A stretch of 53,537 nucleotides of DNA from a virus (taxonomy: Duplodnaviria > Caudoviricetes), in the IMG/VR virus record IMGVR_UViG_3300031699_000001, positions 1-53,537 of that record, one strand, 5' to 3'. Each line of letters opens with the position of its first letter. Positions within the stretch are counted from its first letter, which is position 1. Made by a program: the position numbers and the translations under genes. This document shows, piece after piece, positions 46,167 to 53,537 of this stretch. The notes under the pieces are model-generated. The model was given only the letters and a program-made list of their open reading frames with translations. It was not told where the DNA came from and did not search any database.

Positions 46167-47131
46167 ATTTTATTACTCCTCTGCTTTACTATAAGCAATT
46201 TTTGCAAATTAGATTCCAGCCCTTTGAGTACTTTGACTCCAATTCTTGATAATCCAATTTGTTGTTGTTGTTTTTCGTCTGTCATGTCATTGTCATTCAC
46301 AAAGATATTTGCGGACGAAAGTATTAAATCTATCATTAGATTTTTATATTCTTCAAATAAAGCGTCTAGTCTATCTTGTTTATTCTCTTTAGGGTCTTTC
46401 ATAATATCCTCTATCATATCTTGAAAGGCTTCTTCTATCTCATACTTTTTAGAATAAAACTGATTAGATGATTCTTTATCTTTTAAAATAGCTCCGAGTT
46501 TTGTATCTACACTTTTTTTAATCTTGTCTACTTCCCACGGCGGTAATTCGTCAAGAGCTTTATAAATAGCGTTTGCAATACTGTCTTTATATGCGGGGCG
46601 TGGAACTAAAACAACTCCGTCAAGTAGCACTTCGTCAATTACTCTTTGACCTGATTCAGACATTCTAATTATGCCGGTATTCTCTGGTATATACCCTTCG
46701 ATTGAAAAACCTTTTTGAATAGGCTTTTTATAAGGGGGGAGCCCGTTTAACTGATTCCAAAGTGTATCTATTTTTTCTTTTTTAATCGTGCCGATATTAT
46801 CGTCATATAATTCAAACTCAGTCTCCCAGTCAAAATTAGGTAATACTCTTGCTTTCACTAAACGCCCGATATCCTCAGATTGTTTTACACCGTGTATGTC
46901 CGGAAACAGCAATATCTCTCCGCTGTTAGCTTGGTCAACAAATGACTTGATACATTTCTCTGTCATACGTTCACCGTGCTGATCGGTTTTAATGCCGGAA
47001 GAGATTCCTTTTAAATATCGTTTCTTTTTGTTATTAAGAGATTTTTCTAATGTGAAAGTATTTGAGTTGTTTAAATTAGGATGGAAGTGGAAAGATATTC
47101 TTTTTTGCACGTCGGTTTTAACATCACTCAT
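46163..47131 (-). CDS. Prohead maturation protease (HK97/U9-like)
   Basis: GISS...DQHGE, H in PDIHG, GFSIEG, VLVPRPAY. Confidence 0.85.
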   Translation of the reverse strand: MSDVKTDVQKRISFHFHPNLNNSNTFTLEKSLNNKKKRYLKGISSGIKTDQHGERMTEKCIKSFVDQANSGEILLFPDIHGVKQSEDIGRLVKARVLPNFDWETEFELYDDNIGTIKKEKIDTLWNQLNGLPPYKKPIQKGFSIEGYIPENTGIIRMSESGQRVIDEVLLDGVVLVPRPAYKDSIANAIYKALDELPPWEVDKIKKSVDTKLGAILKDKESSNQFYSKKYEIEEAFQDMIEDIMKDPKENKQDRLDALFEEYKNLMIDLILSSANIFVNDNDMTDEKQQQQIGLSRIGVKVLKGLESNLQKLLIVKQRSNKI

Positions 47132-47362
47132 TAAGTAATTCCTTAACTATGATCTTATCCGTTCGTGCGGGTTAAGACTTTTTTAACTAAATATTATATT
47201 CAGTTATATTCATTTTTATTTCTTTAGAGCTTGGTACGTTCAACTCGACTTTAAAGTCTTTTGAGTAGAACTTTTTCAACAATAAAGAACATTCCTTTAA
47301 TTTTAAAGCAATTTCTTCAAATTCATTGTTATCTTTTTTCATACACTATTTCCTTTTATAAG

Positions 47363-48175
47363 TCAAGAGTTTTTTCTTAAAATATATTTTAATTCACATG
47401 AACACCCGATAATTTCACTTATATCAACATTACTATCGTGAGGTCTATCCATTTCAACTGTTTTACCTGATTTAACCCACTTGCCTTTTTTCTTCTCGTA
47501 TATATTAACCGTAAACTTTTCACCCATTTTCTTTTTTTCAAGATGCTTTTCTGCATGGCCTCTGCGGTATTCCTTTGAATAGCTTTTATAATGAAACCAC
47601 TGTTTATAATATTCAAGTTCCGGATTTCTTGCAATCAGTTCATCCATGTATATTTTACGTGTGTTATTAACTGCACTTTTCATTTCGGTTACTGATATAT
47701 TCCTGATATTACTCGGCACTCCATAACGTGGGTCTTTCTTTGTATAGTTGCTAAAAGTATCGGTTATCCTTGCCTTATACTCTTTAACTAGCCTTTGACT
47801 TAATTTAGTCCCTGCCGGTACTCTTTTTAATGTTTCTTTTAAATCATTGCTTAATTTATTTCTTAGCGTTTGAGTTATGTAGTTACCTTTTTCGGCAGTC
47901 TTTAATAATTCTGTCTGTGGCTTCATGTCAATAAACAATAAACGTTTCTTTGTTATATCTTCAATCGGCGGGAAGTCTACTCTCCATTTATTACTCGCAA
48001 TAGTTTTCTTAAACTTATCATCTGTTATCTTTACAACTGAGTTTGTTATTTTCTCACGGTTAAAGCTAAGTATATCATTAACTATTTTTTGATACTTTTC
48101 GCCTTTGATGTTATCTGAGCCATATTTTTTAGTTAATCTATCGATGCTAATTTTACTCACTAAATAGCCCTTCAA
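47363..48175 (-). CDS. MuF/SPP1 gp7-like head morphogenesis protein
   Basis: ISVTE...AVN, KQW, RRGH, MDRPHD, EIIGCSC. Confidence 0.8.
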   Translation of the reverse strand: MKGYLVSKISIDRLTKKYGSDNIKGEKYQKIVNDILSFNREKITNSVVKITDDKFKKTIASNKWRVDFPPIEDITKKRLLFIDMKPQTELLKTAEKGNYITQTLRNKLSNDLKETLKRVPAGTKLSQRLVKEYKARITDTFSNYTKKDPRYGVPSNIRNISVTEMKSAVNNTRKIYMDELIARNPELEYYKQWFHYKSYSKEYRRGHAEKHLEKKKMGEKFTVNIYEKKKGKWVKSGKTVEMDRPHDSNVDISEIIGCSCELKYILRKNS

Positions 48176-48335
48176 TCATTGTATTGATCTCATATTCACT
48201 TTTACCTGTAAAATCCATATTGTTTACTTTATCCTCAATCAACTTAAATACTGCAATTAAATCTAACTCAAAAGGGGCAGTTATATCGTCGAATTGGTTT
48301 ATTGATAATTTGTCTATTGTTATTTCTTTTTGCAT
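48153..48335 (-). CDS. Small acidic head-module protein
   Basis: 60-aa ORF overlapping both neighbours. Confidence 0.45.
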   Translation of the reverse strand: MQKEITIDKLSINQFDDITAPFELDLIAVFKLIEDKVNNMDFTGKSEYEINTMIEGLFSE

Positions 48336-48565
48336 TTTTTCTTTTTCTCATTTCCCGCTAAACTCTGCGGTATTAAAGCCCCTCCGCTATTACTGTCAAG
48401 GGATCTTGCTACATACCATTTTTTAAGATTACTTATTAACCCTTTTACAATGCTTTTCCTGCTTTCCCATTTAGAATAGCAAATTGCGCTTGCTTGCTCT
48501 TGGCTTTTACCGTTCTTAATACAATTAGAGATACAATCACTTATGAACTCTTGTTTTTTATTCAT
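48320..48565 (-). CDS. Small head-module protein with a capsid-like C-terminal motif
   Basis: EFISDC...QASAICYSKW N-terminus; C-terminal RSLDSNSGGALIPQSL. Confidence 0.65.
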   Translation of the reverse strand: MNKKQEFISDCISNCIKNGKSQEQASAICYSKWESRKSIVKGLISNLKKWYVARSLDSNSGGALIPQSLAGNEKKKKCKKK

Positions 48566-48690
48566 ATATTTTTTCCTTTGCTGGATAGTTGGTTAAATGG
48601 CTACCATAATATTTAAGCTTGTCTTTCTTCATTTCTTTTTCTTTATTCTTTTCAGCTTCCTTTTTCATATTGTTATAATTTTCTTTGCCT

Positions 48691-48930
48691 TTACATGTTT
48701 GCATCTTTTACACCCTGAATGTTCATATCTATCCAGCCTTTTATTTTATCATAATTATCAAATACTTTTCCATGTAGTTCTTGCCCATTATCTAACCTAT
48801 ATTCTATAAAACATTTATCCGCTTCTTCTTTAGTAAGAAGACCTCCTATTATTTCCCACCAATATTTTATACTAAATGATATTAAATGATTTGTATTTAT
48901 ATATTTCCCTGTATTTATTTCTAATATCAT
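48691..48930 (-). CDS. Hypothetical protein
   Basis: 79 aa, coupled to the portal stop codon. Confidence 0.5.
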   Translation of the reverse strand: MILEINTGKYINTNHLISFSIKYWWEIIGGLLTKEEADKCFIEYRLDNGQELHGKVFDNYDKIKGWIDMNIQGVKDANM

Positions 48931-50465
48931 TAAATTTCTCCTTGTTGTAATAAATTATTTTGCTGTTGTTCTTGCTGACTTGCACCCTGTGGATAGTTAT
49001 ACTCTTCTTTGTCAAATCCTTCTAAGTTATCCATTTCCCTTACTTCATTAACAGAGTATTTACCTGATTGTATTTTTGCAGTTTCTAGTTGTATCTCTGC
49101 CATTTCGTTTTTTGTTGTTTCAAACTCAAATATCCTTCCCCACCCAAACCTGAAAGGGAGGATCTCTTTTGATACTATTCTCTCAATTCTTTTAAAGTGA
49201 GGATAAGTTCCCTTTTCATGTTCTAGTCGTTCCTGAGTTTCGCTTGTTTCCCTACCAGCCACATAATCACTGCCCGATAGATTAACCTCTTGATTAGTTG
49301 CATTAAATATTAAAGCCACCTCTTCCCTTATATCCTTTTGGCGTTGCATCTGAATACCCATAGTATTTTCACGTGATAGATCGGCAACGGTTACTTTGTT
49401 CCCAGAAAATGTCATTATACCACCCTTAACAGGAGTATTGATTTTCTCTTCAACTCTCTTTTGTTCCATCGGATCGAGTGGTACTTCTAAGTCTTTATCC
49501 CAATCCCCAAAAGGTGAGTTGTCTGATATTATTACAACCTTTTCGGGTGGTTTCGTTCCATCTGCTTGATCTGCCATTAACTTATCAAAAAACATAGTTT
49601 CGGCTACTTTGTTAATCAAAGCCTCGAGAGGCACTAAAGGATATGATCTCATTGACGTTGGAATATATTGACTAAATGAAAGTTCATCATTAAAAAATAT
49701 TTGAGGCTCTAGTCCGTCAATGATTTGCATATAAGCATTAAGACTTGATATGTATCTGTCTTTTACAGGGACTACAGTCCCCCCAGGTAAGATATATAAG
49801 TTTTCTATTTTGCCATTAAGTGTTTCTTTATATAGGGCAGTACACCCGTGTACATGATCATCAAACACCCATTTTTTTATAAAGTCTTCCCACTTATCAT
49901 TAGCGTTCGGCTCATTCAACCAGTCTTCAATCTCGTTGTTTCTATCAACATCAATTTGTGAGTTTCTTCTTTTCCAACGGATTAAGCAACCATTAAAATT
50001 AGATGCATCCGGCAATAACTCTGTAAGCTCTGTTTTTAGTATTGCGTATAGTCTTGCCCTTGCTACTATAAAGTCAACTCTTTGTTCTTTCTGATATTCT
50101 CTATATACTTGATAGATTGATTTTAATCTCTCTGCGATTCTATCCTCTTCTTTTTTGTTGTTAGTTATTGTAAACTTTGTACTCGCAATCTTGTTTTGCC
50201 TACTTGTAACTATACCTAAAACAGGTGTGCATAGCTGAGCTATCCTTACCCTGTCTTCAGGGGATAAATAGAAATACTGGTTTTCAACTGTGGTTGTAAG
50301 TAATCCCCCCTCTTTATTCCTTGCGGTCATTCCCATTAAAGATGAGTAGGATATTATATTTATACCACGTTTATTATTGTCAACATTCCCCTGCATTTGA
50401 ATGTCATTGAGACCCTGTGTCAAACCTTTTTCAACTGTCTCCGCATTTATTATTGTATCGTTCAT
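48930..50465 (-). CDS. Portal protein
   Basis: WLNEPN...WEDF, LY.LPGGTV, PLEAL, REEVALIF, SVNEVREMDNL. Confidence 0.9.
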   Translation of the reverse strand: MNDTIINAETVEKGLTQGLNDIQMQGNVDNNKRGINIISYSSLMGMTARNKEGGLLTTTVENQYFYLSPEDRVRIAQLCTPVLGIVTSRQNKIASTKFTITNNKKEEDRIAERLKSIYQVYREYQKEQRVDFIVARARLYAILKTELTELLPDASNFNGCLIRWKRRNSQIDVDRNNEIEDWLNEPNANDKWEDFIKKWVFDDHVHGCTALYKETLNGKIENLYILPGGTVVPVKDRYISSLNAYMQIIDGLEPQIFFNDELSFSQYIPTSMRSYPLVPLEALINKVAETMFFDKLMADQADGTKPPEKVVIISDNSPFGDWDKDLEVPLDPMEQKRVEEKINTPVKGGIMTFSGNKVTVADLSRENTMGIQMQRQKDIREEVALIFNATNQEVNLSGSDYVAGRETSETQERLEHEKGTYPHFKRIERIVSKEILPFRFGWGRIFEFETTKNEMAEIQLETAKIQSGKYSVNEVREMDNLEGFDKEEYNYPQGASQQEQQQNNLLQQGEI

Positions 50466-50723
50466 TTAGTTTACCTTGCCTATATATTTATAATCACTCC
50501 ACCAACCCGTTAAAGGCACTATCCATTTTAATATTTTATATTTTAAATAATACTTATATGCCCTTTGGCTATATGAATAAGTGCCATCTTCATGCTCAAT
50601 AATATCTATTCCATCCACTTTATATCCCGATGGCAAATATCTAGCAAGCCTAATAAAAAACCATTGCAATATAAAAAAGTTTATATACCCTAACCATGAC
50701 CAGTTTTGATACCATTTTTCCAT
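50466..50723 (-). CDS. Aromatic-rich hypothetical protein between terminase and portal
   Basis: 85 aa, abuts both neighbours. Confidence 0.55.
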   Translation of the reverse strand: MEKWYQNWSWLGYINFFILQWFFIRLARYLPSGYKVDGIDIIEHEDGTYSYSQRAYKYYLKYKILKWIVPLTGWWSDYKYIGKVN

Positions 50724-50968
50724 TACTGTACCTTCATCTCTTCTTTTTGTGTTAATAGTATTATCTCTTTATACTTTTCCATCCGCTTGTATATTGCATC
50801 CCTTAAAGTCTCGTATGCATCTTTGTAGTTTAAGTTGTCTTTGAATACTAAATCTATCATCATTGTATTTATAAACTCTAATTCCATAAACTTAGTGCTT
50901 ACAAGTGCAATTTTCATTTCATCGTGAAGTGTTTCAATAGCAACCTTTACTTCTTTGTTTTTTCCCAT
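50723..50968 (-). CDS. Hypothetical protein
   Basis: 81 aa, AAGGA RBS. Confidence 0.55.
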   Translation of the reverse strand: MGKNKEVKVAIETLHDEMKIALVSTKFMELEFINTMMIDLVFKDNLNYKDAYETLRDAIYKRMEKYKEIILLTQKEEMKVQ

Positions 50969-50979
50969 TTGTTATCCTT

Positions 50980-52530
50980 TTACCTGCTAAGTAATAATAG
51001 TTTCTTACATAAATTAAGATAATTCAAACTATGAAAGCAATGATCCGGCTTATTCCCTTCAACCCAGATATAACGCCCACCTTCCAGGTGATTCTCTTTC
51101 TCCTGCCATATTCGAGTGCTGGCCTCTAAGTGTTCATTAAAGTATTCTGGCAAGTCTTTTGGAAATATAACATCTTTTAAGAGTATGGCTTCTTTTACTG
51201 AATCAAGGCTAGTTGTCCTATCAACTTTAATTATTCGTCTGGTTGCGTCTATTGCATCTTTGTTGCTTTCGGTTAAATAATCACACATAAACCAACCCTT
51301 GAAAGTTGCTACGATTTGTCTTGATAATCTTGCTTCAGGTCTACTATCTACTACTCCGCATATTATATTATATTGACGGTGAATGTCAAGAATATCTTGA
51401 AAGTTTTTAAGCTCTAACACCTTAATGATCCTTACTTTCTTATCCGGTAGCATTTCGCCGATTACAGTATGCAATATGTTTCCAACGTCAATCCCTGCAA
51501 TACAAGGGTTTCTACTTTCTGTTAGTTGGTAGTAGTCTCCTATCTCAAACATTGATCTATTGATCTTAGCTCCCTCTGCGGTGTATGCTTCCCCTAATAC
51601 AGCGTTGTAGAATCGTTGTAATTCCCTGTCATTTGAAAGGCCTCTGTTAAAGTTTGATAGCTGATCTCTTATTGGAGTCGGGCTTGTAAAAAACTGAGTA
51701 TAATGATATCCAGATATTTGGCTTTTCTTTTCGGTCACCCACTCACCTTTTCCAAATCTATCAACAGGCTTTCCGCATTTATCACATATTATATTACAGT
51801 CTCTTTCGCTTTCAAAATCAAAGTCCTTATCAATAACAATATATTCGTCATTCTCTTTTCTTACTATATGCTTAAAGAAGTCTATAAAAAACTTATGACC
51901 ACAATCACATTGATTAAACCATCTCTTTTTATCACTTTCGTTGTAGCTTATATCTATGCCATAATCTAATATAGTTGGATTGCTAACCTCTATTGTATAT
52001 CGATCTTCCATCTGTTGCTTTGCCTGTCGTTCTTTAGCCATTATAAAATTAGCTTGATTACAAAAATCCTTTTCGTCCACTATTACAACACTTGCAACAA
52101 ACTCTGCAAAGTTAGCCTGCGAGTTACTCCCGACATAATTGATTATCCCATTAAACGCTTTCATACTTGCGCTATCGATGTTCTTCATTAACGATTTATA
52201 ATACTCTGTATTCTGTATAGTAGTGTTTACCCTGGATTGTACAAACCTTGCTTTTATAACATCAGTTGGCAATATATACAGACAATTGCTTCCCTCAATA
52301 GCTTTGTTCACACTAAATGCAATTAGATACTCGCTTATACAGGATTGAGTACCCTTTTTATGTATTTGATGATGTGACTTGTCTTTGTATACCGGTATTA
52401 AGTATTGATGTTTTTGAAATCTAATAGGTTTATTTTCGTGTGTTCTATGATGGAATAATGCTTGATTAAGTACCGGATATTCTAACGATAGGTATTGATA
52501 TCCCTTATCAAGTAACTTATCATCAAACAC
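50980..52530 (-). CDS. terL: Terminase large subunit (lambda GpA-like ATPase)
   Basis: KGTQSCISE (Walker A variant), YILPT, VIVDEKD, SNPT, CxC/CxxC, FYNAVLGEAY, GIDVG, PDHCFHS. Confidence 0.92.
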   Translation of the reverse strand: MFDDKLLDKGYQYLSLEYPVLNQALFHHRTHENKPIRFQKHQYLIPVYKDKSHHQIHKKGTQSCISEYLIAFSVNKAIEGSNCLYILPTDVIKARFVQSRVNTTIQNTEYYKSLMKNIDSASMKAFNGIINYVGSNSQANFAEFVASVVIVDEKDFCNQANFIMAKERQAKQQMEDRYTIEVSNPTILDYGIDISYNESDKKRWFNQCDCGHKFFIDFFKHIVRKENDEYIVIDKDFDFESERDCNIICDKCGKPVDRFGKGEWVTEKKSQISGYHYTQFFTSPTPIRDQLSNFNRGLSNDRELQRFYNAVLGEAYTAEGAKINRSMFEIGDYYQLTESRNPCIAGIDVGNILHTVIGEMLPDKKVRIIKVLELKNFQDILDIHRQYNIICGVVDSRPEARLSRQIVATFKGWFMCDYLTESNKDAIDATRRIIKVDRTTSLDSVKEAILLKDVIFPKDLPEYFNEHLEASTRIWQEKENHLEGGRYIWVEGNKPDHCFHSLNYLNLCKKLLLLSR

Positions 52531-52838
52531 TATTTAAACTCCGCTTTCATTATATCAAGCAGCTCTTTTTTAATTGTTTCCTTATCTTCCTTGTTAATCT
52601 CATTTTCTACTTTAGCATTTACTTTCACTTTCTCTGTGGCTTTACTATGCGCCCATTCCATAGCCATCTTCCAAAAGTCCTTATTGCCTTTTTGTACCAT
52701 ACCTTCAAATACTTCTCTATTCTCTTTGATAAGCTCCTTTAGCCATGTCTTATGCTTCTTTACTTGCTTGCTTTCGTTTGGAGGTTGATACTCACTTGAA
52801 AATTGTTTGCCGTCTTTATATATATCTTTTCTTCCCAT
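52530..52838 (-). CDS. terS: Probable terminase small subunit
   Basis: GKQFSSEYQP N-terminal motif; directly upstream of terL. Confidence 0.65.
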   Translation of the reverse strand: MGRKDIYKDGKQFSSEYQPPNESKQVKKHKTWLKELIKENREVFEGMVQKGNKDFWKMAMEWAHSKATEKVKVNAKVENEINKEDKETIKKELLDIMKAEFK

Positions 52839-53042
52839 AATCGTTTTTTAATCGTTTAGTTTAATGTGTATGCTTTTTTATACAGTCTGCCACCTGCCCT
52901 AATAGTTTTAATGCCTTATTTAATTCTTTGCCTACAGCTATAAATGGTTTTAATATTAACTTAGACGCCTTTATAAGCTCATCTCTATTTTCTTCAAGCT
53001 CTATTATTATAGACTGGTATTTATTTGGATATAGCATATCTT

Positions 53043-53071
53043 ATATTATCCTTTTTACCCTTAGTTGTCAA
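53043..53071 (-). promoter_or_regulatory. Sigma70-like promoter upstream of the packaging genes
   Basis: TTGACA-N17-TAATAT. Confidence 0.55.
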
Positions 53072-53241
53072 GTATTGTTTATTATATCAGTAATCACGTT
53101 TAGATGTTCAGCTATCATGTTGAAGATTAAGTCTTTTATTAAGTGCTTATCATCTGTTAGCGTTAAGATATCAAATATAATCTCTTTTATCTCTTCTTCT
53201 TTTTGCTTGTAGTCGTTATTCATTTAGTTATCCTTTAGTAG

Positions 53242-53511
53242 TTATTCATTTAGAGCTTTTAGTTCTTTTATTTTAAAATTAATTAAATCTTCTTTTGTCA
53301 AATAGACATCAGACTCGACATAGTTTCTAATTTTAGGATTATTATCAAAATATCCAACCTTATAAAAGATAGACTTATATGCTTTGATATCTATCCCTTT
53401 CTTATATTCTATCTCTATGCCTAATATTAGGACTTCTTTAGCTTTCCCCATATTCCAAACAAATACTCTATCATCTATATTATATTTATAATATATTCCT
53501 ATTTTTCTCAT
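53242..53511 (-). CDS. Hypothetical protein
   Basis: 89 aa; continuous with the 91..474 gene across the circular junction. Confidence 0.6.
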   Translation of the reverse strand: MRKIGIYYKYNIDDRVFVWNMGKAKEVLILGIEIEYKKGIDIKAYKSIFYKVGYFDNNPKIRNYVESDVYLTKEDLINFKIKELKALNE

Positions 53512-53537
53512 TTCACCTCATACTCTATGCTATCGAT
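53418..53537. repeat. Terminal direct repeat, right copy
   Basis: Identical to 1-120. Confidence 0.97.

Noticed and set aside
6456-53212. Plus-strand ORFs in the track (e.g. 11514..12011, 17440..17817, 34638..35237, 45664..46101)
   Set aside because: They are antisense shadows of clear minus-strand genes, are S/F/L-rich, and have no recognisable motifs.
53418-53537. 120-bp repeat as a biological terminal repeat or att site
   Set aside because: It falls inside coding sequence and sits exactly at both contig ends, which fits an assembler overlap of a circular contig.
1-53537. Stop-codon reassignment
   Set aside because: Core genes (terminase, portal, capsid, sheath, helicase-MTase) are full length under the standard code and coding density is high.

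Overview
This window is a complete, circularly assembled genome of an AT-rich tailed dsDNA phage. Bases 1-120 are repeated exactly at 53418-53537, giving a unit length of about 53,417 bp. Essentially all real genes are on the minus strand. Read in gene direction, the order is: small and GpA-type large terminase, portal, MuF-like head protein, prohead protease, scaffold, major capsid, beta-helix head protein, neck genes, contractile tail (sheath, tube, frameshifted chaperone, short tape measure), baseplate, tail fibre and lysis cassette. An early/middle arm follows, with YopX, HTH, Cas4-like nuclease, ERF, SSB, replication initiator with DnaC-like loader, SNF2 helicase-DNA methyltransferase fusion, a truncated RlmN-like radical SAM gene, VRR-NUC and an M23 peptidase. 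I saw no integrase, reverse transcriptase, CRISPR array or DNA polymerase. The most unusual signals are: (1) stem-closed intergenic RNA elements, several sharing a possible a-b-c-a'-b'-c' triple-pseudoknot layout, one of them sitting in the T-loop of an aberrant tRNA-like RNA; (2) a lipoprotein apparently nested in frame inside a baseplate-region gene; (3) two distant exported paralogs; (4) a small head-module ORF carrying a copy of the capsid N-terminal motif. All family calls come from recognising motifs and gene order by eye, and all RNA folds were paired by hand. No database search or folding program was run.
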